From Candidatus Anstonellales archaeon (GTDB lineage: Archaea; Micrarchaeota; Micrarchaeia; Anstonellales; J096): a stretch of DNA of 51,581 bases. The DNA is taken from positions 1 through 51,581 of the forward strand of contig JAWAFI010000004.1 in assembly GCA_038890615.1 (NCBI GenBank). Direction: 5' to 3'. Shown one piece after another: positions 20,401-29,226 of the stretch. Positions within the stretch are counted from its first letter, which is position 1; each line of letters begins with the position of its first letter. The notes below the pieces were generated by a model. It did no database searches. It was not told the DNA's origin and saw nothing but the letters and a program-made list of their open reading frames with translations. Both the position numbers and the translations under genes were made by a program.

Positions 20401-22153
20401 CTTAACAGCCCCATTGGGCACAACAACAATAGGTGCCTCAACCACTTTCCAAGGCATATCAGTAATTTGCACTGCCTCAATAAGCACAGTGGTGCCTCCT
20501 CTTGATTCTGGGCTTGGCTGCAGGATATTGCCCCCTGAAGCCAATATACCCCCTGGAGAATCAGGGAACTTCAACATACAATGCTTCAACTCAACTACAG
20601 GCGGCATAGTCAGCTGCTCAATTGTTGACAGGCCGTTCTCATGGACATACAACCCGTCAATCCTTTCCTTGGTTGTTTCAGGACTAGTAAATGACTCAGC
20701 AGTTGCATCAGTGCTTGCCACAGTGCCGATTGGCACCTCAACTAATTTAGGGGCAAGCACCACCTACCAAGGAATACCATTGGTTTGCGAAGCAGCGATA
20801 GTCAATGCAATAAACATAAGCGATTTCAGGTGCGCCATACAGCCGCCTGAGATAAATATGCTCCCTGGCTCTACGCAGGAATTCACAATCCTCTGCTATG
20901 ACACTGTGCAGAGCAACCCAGTTGACTGCGGCTTTGCTGATTCACCTTTTGATTGGGATTACAACAGCGCCTTGATGTCATTGCTCACTTCAGGCCCAAT
21001 GAACGAAGAAGCACAGGCAACAATATTCCCATCAGTGCCTCTTGGCACTTCAACCCAAATAACAGCAAGCACCACTTACAATGGCGAGCAAATAATGTGC
21101 GAAGCTGCTGTGCTTACAATAGGCAACATAAGCGACTTCGAGTGCGAGATAAACCCAAGCAGGAGAAACATTGCCCCTGGCAGTTCAGGGCTTTTCACCA
21201 TAGAATGCTTTGATGGCGCCACTGGGAACGCAGTAAGCTGCTCTGCGGCTGATGTGCCATTTACCTGGACATACGACCCATCAAGCCTTTCCTTGACTAT
21301 CTCTGGCATATACAATATTAATGCAGAGGCATATGTGTTCCCGAGCGTTCCAAACAACACAGCCCTTGATTTAGGGGCATACACTTACTTTGAAGGCGAG
21401 CTTGTTGAATGCGCTGCAGCAATAATAAATGCTACCTCTGGGGGAGGAGGCGATGACGATAAATATTCTTGCGCAATACAGCCAAGCTCTGTTAACACCA
21501 ACCCAGGCTCAACCACTTCTTTCGTTGCTGTTTGCTACGAAGATGGTCGCTTGCGCGATTGCGACCTTGTTCTCAGGCCCTCATCCCTTTTCAGCTGGTC
21601 GCTCAGCGACCCGCTTAACTTTGACATAACAGGCACAGGAGGGGTCAAGAACGAGTATGCAAACGTGACTGCAAACCCAGGAATAAGAGGCGTCTCAACA
21701 TCAATAATGGCTTCTGCTGAGGCAAGGAACGGCCATGACCTAACATGCACTGCTGCAACGCTTAACATACCAGAGAATGCTTCATTCTATTCTTGCTATA
21801 TAATCCCAGGCATGGTGAATGTGCTCAGGGGGGCTCAAGTAACCTTTGAGATAAGGTGCAGGGACCCTGATGGTGCGCCTGTGTCGTGCCGCAGCATAGT
21901 GCTTAATGGAGACGATTCTGACCCTGACAATGACAACCCATTTGATTGGACGCACAATTCCCAGCAGAGCGTTACGCTGAGCCCGTATGGCCCGATAAAC
22001 CTGTTTGCTCACCTCTATGTTCCATTGGCTCTCCATGAGGAGTGGTTCTCAATAACAGCTACAAACAAAGACATAGACAACAATGACCTGTTCTGCAACG
22101 CAGCAGTGCACATTCTCAACCAAAGCATTGAGGACTGCATAATCTACCTCTAA
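17423..22153 (+). CDS. Secreted 1576-aa surface protein with 11 tandem Cys-rich Ig-like repeats
   Basis: Signal peptide MRKNIWFLALFLFSLAYA; repeats of C-x-I-x-P...C(F/Y)...C...F-x-W...C-x-A. Confidence 0.88.
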   Translation: MRKNIWFLALFLFSLAYAAVPLSSSGSFSLYYPSCSYNFLKVSGNYELQCTMKYSTTGISLTGNAEDINNNDYVCPGSLTAACSGSVSLYNLESFLPTLPPSGSTPTCTPSMSSKGSVCPSISTSTYNSYYMTYYSSSSVGSSFYMPADLYVYVSSSSPSCTNYKSPSGALLKEVVISVKKNGQTYSTVVSELGGCAQGTATFGIGNGNNGETIQLTDHKFQVNGLLINGEDSYGNYFYHSSTQCGSYSQFSKSASSASTLTFRVVDQRNVYGPNGDVTVWAEPSPITFDSNKQAAVSIKGRITDAYVPVIVNVSVITPNIQVISVENNNQIWSPDNNHVINFHVDYVIAYTGSSPPSEVKFKVDIKTVREVCTGYPATYSTVVTVPVTPPSNPVATCILNINYWNNGQAGPSANPSSLAEDQQYVIWAQCKDSNGNLVGQDGNCNGYLSGNGFSWSVTPSFNPFDISCVNNRCRGIYPRTCPLSGSATATATTTDSRQIQCSTNLQVTGCASHTLTCSVSPQTANIYVGQTQQFTRTCLYDGASVDCSGTWSLSNPSDFSIVSQNSQQAVVLANDDGTTSVIYSGSYAGLTTQCSATSLTATYNINPSCTISPNPATIIIPPGSTTLTATCFNYSTQVPCSSIIEGDYFQWSVQSGSASVSRQGSWPYASALLSASSPTSGNVRAVARDLNNNQFQCTASYSAAYQTAPYYCTITLSPPVIYSGSQNNNATVRCFNSTSNQQVSCQNVVTNSFSWTRNPTSAFSYWGVSGALNQNATFGIYPTFTGGPVVISASAPTNFGYNLNCSVQFMVQQQTTDFACRIIPQVVNLPQGSSQNFSIECYNSTTGSPISCTSADSPFAWSYNPSVFSSFVVSGPYNINAATTVSPTAPLGATTIGASTTFQSIPVQCTASLATVVPPLTTDFACRVLPPSVDLPQGGSQIFNVQCYNATTGSLISCGGADRPFSWTYSSAVFSSFVVSGTMNTTANTTISLTAPLGTTTIGASTTFQGISVICTASISTVVPPLDSGLGCRILPPEANIPPGESGNFNIQCFNSTTGGIVSCSIVDRPFSWTYNPSILSLVVSGLVNDSAVASVLATVPIGTSTNLGASTTYQGIPLVCEAAIVNAINISDFRCAIQPPEINMLPGSTQEFTILCYDTVQSNPVDCGFADSPFDWDYNSALMSLLTSGPMNEEAQATIFPSVPLGTSTQITASTTYNGEQIMCEAAVLTIGNISDFECEINPSRRNIAPGSSGLFTIECFDGATGNAVSCSAADVPFTWTYDPSSLSLTISGIYNINAEAYVFPSVPNNTALDLGAYTYFEGELVECAAAIINATSGGGGDDDKYSCAIQPSSVNTNPGSTTSFVAVCYEDGRLRDCDLVLRPSSLFSWSLSDPLNFDITGTGGVKNEYANVTANPGIRGVSTSIMASAEARNGHDLTCTAATLNIPENASFYSCYIIPGMVNVLRGAQVTFEIRCRDPDGAPVSCRSIVLNGDDSDPDNDNPFDWTHNSQQSVTLSPYGPINLFAHLYVPLALHEEWFSITATNKDIDNNDLFCNAAVHILNQSIEDCIIYL
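18614..22130 (+). repeat. Intragenic tandem repeats of about 276-360 bp (11 units)
   Basis: First-Cys codons at 18614, 18974, 19250, 19559, 19883, 20201, 20519, 20831, 21143, 21470 and 21794. GATTTTGCCTGCAGG recurs at 19874 and 20192 (318 bp apart). Confidence 0.8.
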
Positions 22154-22215
22154 TCTTATTCCGTTCCTCAAGCCAGAGCCCAAACTTTTTAAAGCCAGAG
22201 TTATATCTATGTTGG

Positions 22216-23484
22216 ATGGTTATTATGGACAGGGGGAAAAACTACGAGGTTAAAGACCTTAAGCTTGCAGGGCAGGGAAAGATGAGCATAGAGCTTGCAG
22301 AGAGAAGAATGGGCATAATGGGGATAATAAAGAGAAGATTCGCCAAGGAGAAGCCCTTCAAGGGTTTGGGCATAGGGCTTGCCCTTCACGTTACCAAGGA
22401 AACAGCAGTGCTTGTTCGCACGCTTTTAGCAGGAGGGGCAAAAGTATCAATAACTAGCTGCAACCCACTCTCAACTCAGGATGATGTAGCCGCTGCCCTT
22501 GCTAAGGAAGGGGTTTCAGTTTATGCCTACAAAGGGGAAAGCAATGAGGATTATTACAGGTATCTTGCTAAGGTTGCTGATTCAAAGCCGCAGCTAACTG
22601 TTGATGATGGGGGGGATTTGGTTGGGCTTATCCACACAGAGCGCCCTGAGCTTGTAAGATCCATCATAGGCGGCACTGAAGAAACAACAACAGGCGTAAT
22701 AAGGCTTCGCGCAATGGAAAAGGACAGTGCATTGTGCTATCCAGTTATTGCAGTAAATGACAACAAGACCAAGCACCTCCTTGACAACTATTATGGCACA
22801 GGCCAATCGACTCTTGACGGCATTCTCAGGGCAACAAATATACTGGTTGCTGGAAAAACAGTGGTGGTTGCCGGCTATGGCCCTTGTGGAAAGGGGGTTT
22901 CGTTAAGGGCAAGAGGCCTTGGTGCGAGAATAATAGTAACTGAGGTTGACCATTTCAGGGCTCTGCAAGCAGTTCTTGATGGCTTTGAGGTGATGCCCAT
23001 GAAGGAGGCTGCTAAAATAGGCGACATATTCATCACAGTTACAGGTAACAAGGATGTGATTGCTGCCCAGCATTTCAAGCTGATGAAGGACAACGCAGTC
23101 CTTGCTAACAGCGGCCATTTTGATGTTGAGATAAATGTCAAGGACCTCCAAAAGCTTGGAAAGAAAAGGCGCGTGAGATGGCAGCTAGACGAGTATTCAA
23201 TAGGGGAAAAGAAGATTTACCTCTGCGCTGAAGGGCGCCTTGTAAATCTCGCTGCTGCAGAAGGGCATCCAAGCGAAGTGATGGCAACAAGCTTTGCAGG
23301 GCAGGCGCTTGCATTGGAATACCTTGTAAAGAACAAAGGCAAGTTGCCTCCAAAAGTCCTGACACTCCCAGAGCCAATTGACAATGAGATAGCCAAGATG
23401 CAGCTTGAATCCATGGGTGTAAGGATAGACAAGCTAACAGAAGAGCAAAAGAGATACCTTTCAAGCTGGAAGGAAGGCACTTAA
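22216..23484 (+). CDS. ahcY: Adenosylhomocysteinase
   Basis: SCNPLSTQD, DDGGDL, EETTTG, GYGPCGKG, NSGHFD, GRLVNLAAAEGHP. Confidence 0.97.
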   Translation: MVIMDRGKNYEVKDLKLAGQGKMSIELAERRMGIMGIIKRRFAKEKPFKGLGIGLALHVTKETAVLVRTLLAGGAKVSITSCNPLSTQDDVAAALAKEGVSVYAYKGESNEDYYRYLAKVADSKPQLTVDDGGDLVGLIHTERPELVRSIIGGTEETTTGVIRLRAMEKDSALCYPVIAVNDNKTKHLLDNYYGTGQSTLDGILRATNILVAGKTVVVAGYGPCGKGVSLRARGLGARIIVTEVDHFRALQAVLDGFEVMPMKEAAKIGDIFITVTGNKDVIAAQHFKLMKDNAVLANSGHFDVEINVKDLQKLGKKRRVRWQLDEYSIGEKKIYLCAEGRLVNLAAAEGHPSEVMATSFAGQALALEYLVKNKGKLPPKVLTLPEPIDNEIAKMQLESMGVRIDKLTEEQKRYLSSWKEGT

Positions 23485-23485
23485 G

Positions 23486-24193
23486 CTACCATTCTTCAAG
23501 AATCCCATCTACTATTTTTTTAACCTCGCCTGCTTTTCTCTCCATCATGTCATAAACTTCTTTTTGGCTTAGCTTCCTTCCCTTAATCCCTGCAGCATAG
23601 TTGGTGAAAACGCAAAGGGATGCAAAGTCAATGCCAAGCTCTGCTACAAGGGAGGCTTCGTAAGAGTGCGTCATGCTTATGGCGTTTGCCCCTAGCCTTC
23701 TGAAAGCCTCTATCTCTGCAGGGGTTTCGTACCTCATCCCCCTTGATGTTCCTACTACAACACCTTCCTTAACTGTTATTTTCCTCTTATTTGCTATCCT
23801 AATAATCCTCTTGTTGACCTTCTCTGAATAGACGCTTGCATCGCAGTGGGTTTCAGCCCCATCAACAGAGTCGTAAAAGCTAGGGGTATCAACAAAAAGG
23901 CCTATGAAATCAGTTGCTAGCCCCAAATCCCCTGGCTTGAACCTGGTTATTGCCCCAACTGCATTTATACCTACTATGAGCTCGCAGTTTTTCAGTGCAT
24001 ACAAATTAGCCCTGTAATTTATCCTGTTGGGCGGTATTGAGTGCGTTGCCCCATGCCTGCTCACAAATTTCCAGCCCCTTCCCTCAAAAACATCAGCAAC
24101 CCCATAGGGAGTTTGTACAGGCCTGAACCTTCCGCTCATAAGCCTCTCAACACCGCTCCCGCCAATGATTCCTATCATGAATTCATAACTCAT
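23486..24193 (-). CDS. MTAP-family purine nucleoside phosphorylase (probably methylthioinosine-type)
   Basis: IGIIGGSG, SRHG, INYRANLYAL, YETPAE, ISMT, VFTNYAAG. Confidence 0.88.
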   Translation of the reverse strand: MSYEFMIGIIGGSGVERLMSGRFRPVQTPYGVADVFEGRGWKFVSRHGATHSIPPNRINYRANLYALKNCELIVGINAVGAITRFKPGDLGLATDFIGLFVDTPSFYDSVDGAETHCDASVYSEKVNKRIIRIANKRKITVKEGVVVGTSRGMRYETPAEIEAFRRLGANAISMTHSYEASLVAELGIDFASLCVFTNYAAGIKGRKLSQKEVYDMMERKAGEVKKIVDGILEEW

Positions 24194-24227
24194 AACATAT
24201 TTAAAGTTTTATGCGCTTCACTATCTT

Positions 24228-24524
24228 ATGAAAACTGTGTTTTTCGTTAAGCCAGCGCAGAAAAAAGATTTTGAGGCATTCGTTGAAAAAACCAAGTATG
24301 AGCCTGGATCTCTTGCAAGGATAGGCTATATACCTGTTGATGGAAAAACAATAGGCAAGCCAGAAGGCCTTTATATAATAGTAGATTGTGAGCCATCCTG
24401 CATAGAAAAGCTGAAGCCCCAGCTAAATAGCTTTGCAGAGGAGGCAAAAGCAGATGACATAATAAAGGCAGTTGAGGAGAGCCAGAAGAAGGCAGAGGAA
24501 GGCTTTGGGGCACTTTTCGGGTAA
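24228..24524 (+). CDS. Small hypothetical protein with a ribosomal P-stalk-like C-terminal tail
   Basis: 98-aa ORF ending EESQKKAEEGFGALFG; divergent from the phosphorylase. Confidence 0.75.
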   Translation: MKTVFFVKPAQKKDFEAFVEKTKYEPGSLARIGYIPVDGKTIGKPEGLYIIVDCEPSCIEKLKPQLNSFAEEAKADDIIKAVEESQKKAEEGFGALFG

Positions 24525-24528
24525 TAGC

Positions 24529-25026
24529 ATGGAAGTAAAAAAAGGGTTCAAGTCTGAGGCCTCGCTCTACCTTCCTGCCCATTACAGCCAAGAGATAAGG
24601 AAGTTTGAGGATGATGATGAAAGGCCAACCCGCAACCTGTGGAATATAGAAGAAATCCTTAATTTCGTATTCCCAAAAAATTACCAGCAGCGCTACTATG
24701 AATCTGCCCTTGCGCTTATGAGGAGGCTTGCTTCATCACCTTATATAAGCAGCTCTGAGATACCTAAGCTCATAAAGGAAAACAACATTTCAAAAGCTAC
24801 ATTATACAATAGAGTAATCCCGAAGATGAAGCGCTTTGGGCTGATAAAGGTAGAGCGCGAAGCAGCCCTAGAAGGAAAGCCAAGGAAGTTCAAAATATCC
24901 CTTAGCAAATCCTTTGGCAACTATCTAATGAAAATCTCTGACTCCTGGCTTGCGTTTGTTGATGATGCGAGGAGCAGCAGGGAGCCCCCTCCTAGCCCTT
25001 CACCACCAGAATCGGCTTCAGCCTAG
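24529..25026 (+). CDS. Hypothetical winged-helix protein
   Basis: ATG 4 nt after the upstream stop; HTH-like NISKATLYNRVIPKMKRFGLI followed by a wing. Confidence 0.65.
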   Translation: MEVKKGFKSEASLYLPAHYSQEIRKFEDDDERPTRNLWNIEEILNFVFPKNYQQRYYESALALMRRLASSPYISSSEIPKLIKENNISKATLYNRVIPKMKRFGLIKVEREAALEGKPRKFKISLSKSFGNYLMKISDSWLAFVDDARSSREPPPSPSPPESASA

Positions 25027-26419
25027 CAACTGCCTTGCTTATCCCAGCACCAACAACGCTCCTAACAACTTCGTCGACATCCTTGTAAGCTCCAGGCGCC
25101 TCTTCTGCAATAAGCCGCTGGTCAACAGCCCTAAGGTATATGCCTGCTCTTGCAAGCTCACCTGCTATATTTCTGCCCCTATGCACTTCTATTGCCTTGC
25201 TCCTTGACATAGCCCTTCCGCTCCCGTGGCAGGAACTCCCGAATGAAAGCTCAAGCCCCCTCTCCTGCCCAACAAGCACATAGCTTGCAGTGCCCATGCT
25301 TCCTGGGATTATGACTGGCTGCCCAACCTCCTTATAGATGCTTGGCAGCTCAGGCCTTCCCTTCGGGAAAGCCCTTGTAGCCCCTTTCCTATGGACAAGG
25401 AGCTTCCTCTTTTTCCCATCTACAATATGCTCCTCTTCCTTTGCTATGTTGTGCGCAACATCATAGAGAAGCGGTATATCGCCTCCATCCCCGAAAACCT
25501 TGTAGAATGCCTCCCTTGCGAGCCCTGCGATTATCTGCCTGTTTGCAAATGCGAAGTTCACTGCTGCCTTCATTGCGCCAAGATACCTCTGTGCCTCTGG
25601 CTCATCCAAAGGGGCATAAACTAATTCCCTGTCAGGAAGCTCTATCCCCCTTCTTCTCACTGCTTTCATCATTTCTACCAGATAGTCAGAGCATACTTGG
25701 TGGCCAAAGCCCCTTGAGCCAGTGTGCACCATTATTGTTGCCATCCCTTTCTTAAGGCCAAACCTTTCAGCCACCTTTTCATCCATAACCGTTTCAATCT
25801 CCTGCACTTCTATAAAGTGGTTTCCAGCACCCAAGGTGCCAAGCTGGTTCTTGCCCCTCTTTGATGCCTGCGCTGAAACATTCTTTGGCTCAGCCCCTTG
25901 CATCTTCCCCCCTTCTTCAATCTTATTCAAATCCTCTTTTTCCCCAAAACCATTCTCAACACCCCATTCTGCGCCCATCTCCATTACCTGCTCCATCTCT
26001 CCTGCGCCAAGCCTTAACTTTCCCTCAGAGCCAACCCCGCTCGGTATTGCTGCAAACAGCACTTCCACAAATTCCTTTGCCTTTTTCCTAATCTCTTCTG
26101 CGCTTACTGGAAGCAGAAGGAGCCTTACCCCGCAGTTTATGTCATACCCTATTCCTCCTGGAGACACTACCCCTCCATCAATGTCAAATGCAGCGACCCC
26201 TCCTATCGGGAATCCATATCCTTCATGCCCATCAGGCATTACAGCAGGCTTGCCTGCAACTGGAAGGGAGGCAACATTGCACAATTGCCACAGGGTCCTG
26301 TCTGCCTTTATCTTTTCAATGAGTTTTTGAGAAGCAATTATCAGCGCATCCTCTTTCATCCTTCCCTCTTTTTTTATTCTCCACACCATTTCCTCAAGCT
26401 TGCTTATTTCCATAGCCAA
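24992..26419 (-). CDS. rtcB: tRNA-splicing ligase RtcB
   Basis: MPDGHEGYGFPIGG, GYDINCG, GNHFIE, HTGSRGFGH, HRKGATRA, HGSGR. Confidence 0.97.
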   Translation of the reverse strand: MAMEISKLEEMVWRIKKEGRMKEDALIIASQKLIEKIKADRTLWQLCNVASLPVAGKPAVMPDGHEGYGFPIGGVAAFDIDGGVVSPGGIGYDINCGVRLLLLPVSAEEIRKKAKEFVEVLFAAIPSGVGSEGKLRLGAGEMEQVMEMGAEWGVENGFGEKEDLNKIEEGGKMQGAEPKNVSAQASKRGKNQLGTLGAGNHFIEVQEIETVMDEKVAERFGLKKGMATIMVHTGSRGFGHQVCSDYLVEMMKAVRRRGIELPDRELVYAPLDEPEAQRYLGAMKAAVNFAFANRQIIAGLAREAFYKVFGDGGDIPLLYDVAHNIAKEEEHIVDGKKRKLLVHRKGATRAFPKGRPELPSIYKEVGQPVIIPGSMGTASYVLVGQERGLELSFGSSCHGSGRAMSRSKAIEVHRGRNIAGELARAGIYLRAVDQRLIAEEAPGAYKDVDEVVRSVVGAGISKAVARLKPILVVKG

Positions 26420-26460
26420 AGAAGGGAAAGCAAATTTAAAATGGTTGCCCTTATTTATTC

Positions 26461-27462
26461 ATGATAATAAAGAATGAAGAGGTATTTTCGCTTAACTACA
26501 TTCCTAAGACACTTCATGGCAGGGAAAAGGAGATCTCAACAATTTCATTTGCTATGAATGATTTTTTTAAGAGGGGAAGAGGAGGCATAGGCATAATAGA
26601 GGGCCCTTCTGGCGCTGGAAAAACAGCGGTAATGCGCTCCCTGCTTGAGGCAAGCAATCGCGCCTTTTCAATAGTGAATTGCTCTTTTGAATACACTCCT
26701 AGCGCAGTGATCACTTCTATCTCCGACCAATACAAGATAGTGCAGGCAAGGAGGGGGAAGGCGTTTGATGAGCAGTTCTCGTTCTTTGTAAGCAATGTTG
26801 GAGTGAAAAAACTCATGATCGCTTTTGATGAGGCGGACAACCTATGGGCGCGCAACAAGGATGCCCCTTTGATAATATACAACTTCGCCCGCCTCCATGA
26901 GATAAAGCCAATATCTTCTTTCATATTCCTCATTTCAAATGACAAGGCGTTCACTGCAAGGCTTTCTGACAAGCTTCGCAGCATGGTTTCCTTCTCTTTG
27001 GAGTTTGAGCCATACAAGCCAGATGTGCTCCGCAAAATAATAAAGGACAGGGCAATGATTGGGCTAAGGAGCTACGATGAATCTGCTGTTGATAAGTGCG
27101 TGGGCTATGCAGCAAAAACAGGGGATGCAAGGATGGGCATAAGCCTGCTTTACAGGGCTGCAGTTATCGCTGAAAACAAAGGGAAAGAAAGGCTTGACAT
27201 AGAATCTGTTGATGAGGCGAAGGAGGAGCTGAAGAAATCTATTGATGAGAAAAAGCTCACAGGGCTAACTGACATCCAACTCAAGATTTTTGAGGAAATA
27301 AAGAGAAACGAAGGGATAACCAGCGGTGAGCTCTACAAGGCAGTTGGAATAAGCGAAAGGACAATGCGGGAAAATATCTCAGTGTTGGAGGAAAAGCGCC
27401 TTATAAGGGCAGAATACAAGATGGGCAGGGAAGGGAGAACAAGGTGCTTCTACACTTTCTGA
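26461..27462 (+). CDS. cdc6: Orc1/Cdc6-family AAA+ ATPase
   Basis: YIPKTLHGREKE, GPSGAGKT, AFDEAD, FEPY, GDARMG, C-terminal winged helix. Confidence 0.85.
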   Translation: MIIKNEEVFSLNYIPKTLHGREKEISTISFAMNDFFKRGRGGIGIIEGPSGAGKTAVMRSLLEASNRAFSIVNCSFEYTPSAVITSISDQYKIVQARRGKAFDEQFSFFVSNVGVKKLMIAFDEADNLWARNKDAPLIIYNFARLHEIKPISSFIFLISNDKAFTARLSDKLRSMVSFSLEFEPYKPDVLRKIIKDRAMIGLRSYDESAVDKCVGYAAKTGDARMGISLLYRAAVIAENKGKERLDIESVDEAKEELKKSIDEKKLTGLTDIQLKIFEEIKRNEGITSGELYKAVGISERTMRENISVLEEKRLIRAEYKMGREGRTRCFYTF

Positions 27463-29189
27463 GGAGCCCTTATCTTCTCCACTATCTCCTTGCCTATTTC
27501 TTTTTCTTTCTTCTTGAATTCCAAAAGCAGGGGCTCCAGAACCTCCCTTGCCTCTTGTACCACTTCATCCTTTGTCTTCTTACCTGCCTGTATTGCCTCT
27601 ATGTCCTGCTCAAGCCTCCTTGTCATGTTTTCGCTTATCAAGTCAGGCACGTAATCCTCTATTGCTGAATATACTGCTTCGCCAAGCGGCGTTACCTTGA
27701 CTTGCGCACCAATTATGTATTTTCTCAAATACAGTGTGCTAACAACCACTGCCCTTGTGCTCTTTGTCCCTATCTGCTTTTTCTCCATCTCCTTTACCAA
27801 TGATGCCTGGTTATACCTTGCAGGTGGCTTTGTTTTCCCTTTCTTCCTTGACTTCTTTACTTCCACTTCCTCCCCTTCCTTGAAATCAGCCATTGCTTTT
27901 TCCTCAACCTTGTAATATGGATAAACGCTGTTCCACCCCCTTTCTATAACTCTTGCACCCTTTCCAATGAACTCAATTCCTGCTTCCATGCTTACCATCC
28001 TTTCAGCAACAACCTCGTCATCCATGAACGCGCTTAAAAACCTCCTGGTTATCAGATCATACACCTTCTTTTCCTCTGCCTTCATTTGCCCTGTAAAACC
28101 AGTTGGGTGTATTGCAGGATGCGCAGGGTCCTCCTTTGCCCCCTGCCTTGGCCTGAATTCCCCCTTCTCCAATATCTTCCTTGCTTCTTCCTTATAATCC
28201 CCTGCCTCTGCTAGCTTGCCCAATATGAACTTCAGGTTAAGTGAAGGAGGGAGCTTCTGCGAAGAAGTCCTCGGATAAGAAATCAAGCCATTTTCATAGA
28301 GCGCTTGTGCAATGCTGAGCGTCTGGGTTGGGCTTATCTTGTGCACTTTATAAGCTTCTGTCTGAAGCGTTGTAAGGTCAAAGGCAGGAGGCGCCCTATA
28401 CCTGACTTCCTTGTCCTCAACTTTCACAATCATTCCTGTTTTCCCAACCTTCTCAAAAAGCTTGTCTGCTTCTTCCTTCTCCCACACAGGGTTTCTTGCG
28501 TAGTCAAATGATGAGCCCTTTGCCTCTGCATGTATTGTATAATATTCCCTTGGCACAAAGTTCCTTATCTGAAGCTCCCTTTCCATCACGAATGAGAGCG
28601 TTGGCCCCTGCACCCTCCCTGTGCTCATTATAAGGTTCATACCAGCGCTCCTGACTGCAGACATAAGGGCCCTGCTTACATTTATCCCATAGTACCAGTC
28701 AACAATATGCCTTGCCTCGCCTGCATATGCGTTTAAGTAGTCAAAAGCACCCATGTTCTCATATGCTTCCTTAAGGTCATAAGGAGTCACTGTGGAGAAT
28801 TTCATCCTGTAGCCCTCCCTGCCATGAAAGAGGTGCCTCATTACATTGAAAGCTATAAGGCTTCCCTCAACATCGTAGTCGCACGCAGAGACAAAAGTTT
28901 CTGCCCTCTCACCAAAATATCTAAGTGTGTCTATATAGGCCTTTACATAATAGCTCTTCTTGTTCACTTCGTGCGATGGCTTCCACTCAACATCAAAAAC
29001 AGGGTAGCCCCTTTCCTTTCCCTTTTGCACAAGCCCGAATATATGGCCCACAGCTGGGACTATTACAGAATCTATGTCTTCAAGAACATAGTAGCTTACT
29101 TTGTTGAACGATTTCCTTACTGCCTTTTTTGAAAGCGCTGAAGCTATCTTCTGCGCAACCCTTGGCTTCTCCGCGACAATTAGCTCCAT
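27450..29189 (-). CDS. topA: DNA topoisomerase type IA
   Basis: Toprim AEKP and ACDYDVEG, GRVQGPTL, catalytic ISYPRT, AHPAIHPT, IGTKSTR. Confidence 0.95.
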   Translation of the reverse strand: MELIVAEKPRVAQKIASALSKKAVRKSFNKVSYYVLEDIDSVIVPAVGHIFGLVQKGKERGYPVFDVEWKPSHEVNKKSYYVKAYIDTLRYFGERAETFVSACDYDVEGSLIAFNVMRHLFHGREGYRMKFSTVTPYDLKEAYENMGAFDYLNAYAGEARHIVDWYYGINVSRALMSAVRSAGMNLIMSTGRVQGPTLSFVMERELQIRNFVPREYYTIHAEAKGSSFDYARNPVWEKEEADKLFEKVGKTGMIVKVEDKEVRYRAPPAFDLTTLQTEAYKVHKISPTQTLSIAQALYENGLISYPRTSSQKLPPSLNLKFILGKLAEAGDYKEEARKILEKGEFRPRQGAKEDPAHPAIHPTGFTGQMKAEEKKVYDLITRRFLSAFMDDEVVAERMVSMEAGIEFIGKGARVIERGWNSVYPYYKVEEKAMADFKEGEEVEVKKSRKKGKTKPPARYNQASLVKEMEKKQIGTKSTRAVVVSTLYLRKYIIGAQVKVTPLGEAVYSAIEDYVPDLISENMTRRLEQDIEAIQAGKKTKDEVVQEAREVLEPLLLEFKKKEKEIGKEIVEKIRAPQKV

Positions 29190-29226
29190 TGCCCTTATAT
29201 GTTCTACAAATGTTTAAAATCCTTGC

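Noticed and set aside
18614..22130. CRISPR array or mobile-element repeats
   Set aside because: The repeats are in-frame protein domains; no short repeat-spacer pattern, cas gene or transposase was seen in the window.
26420..26460. Replication origin next to cdc6
   Set aside because: Only 41 bp of intergenic DNA, with no ORB-like repeats or extended unwinding element.
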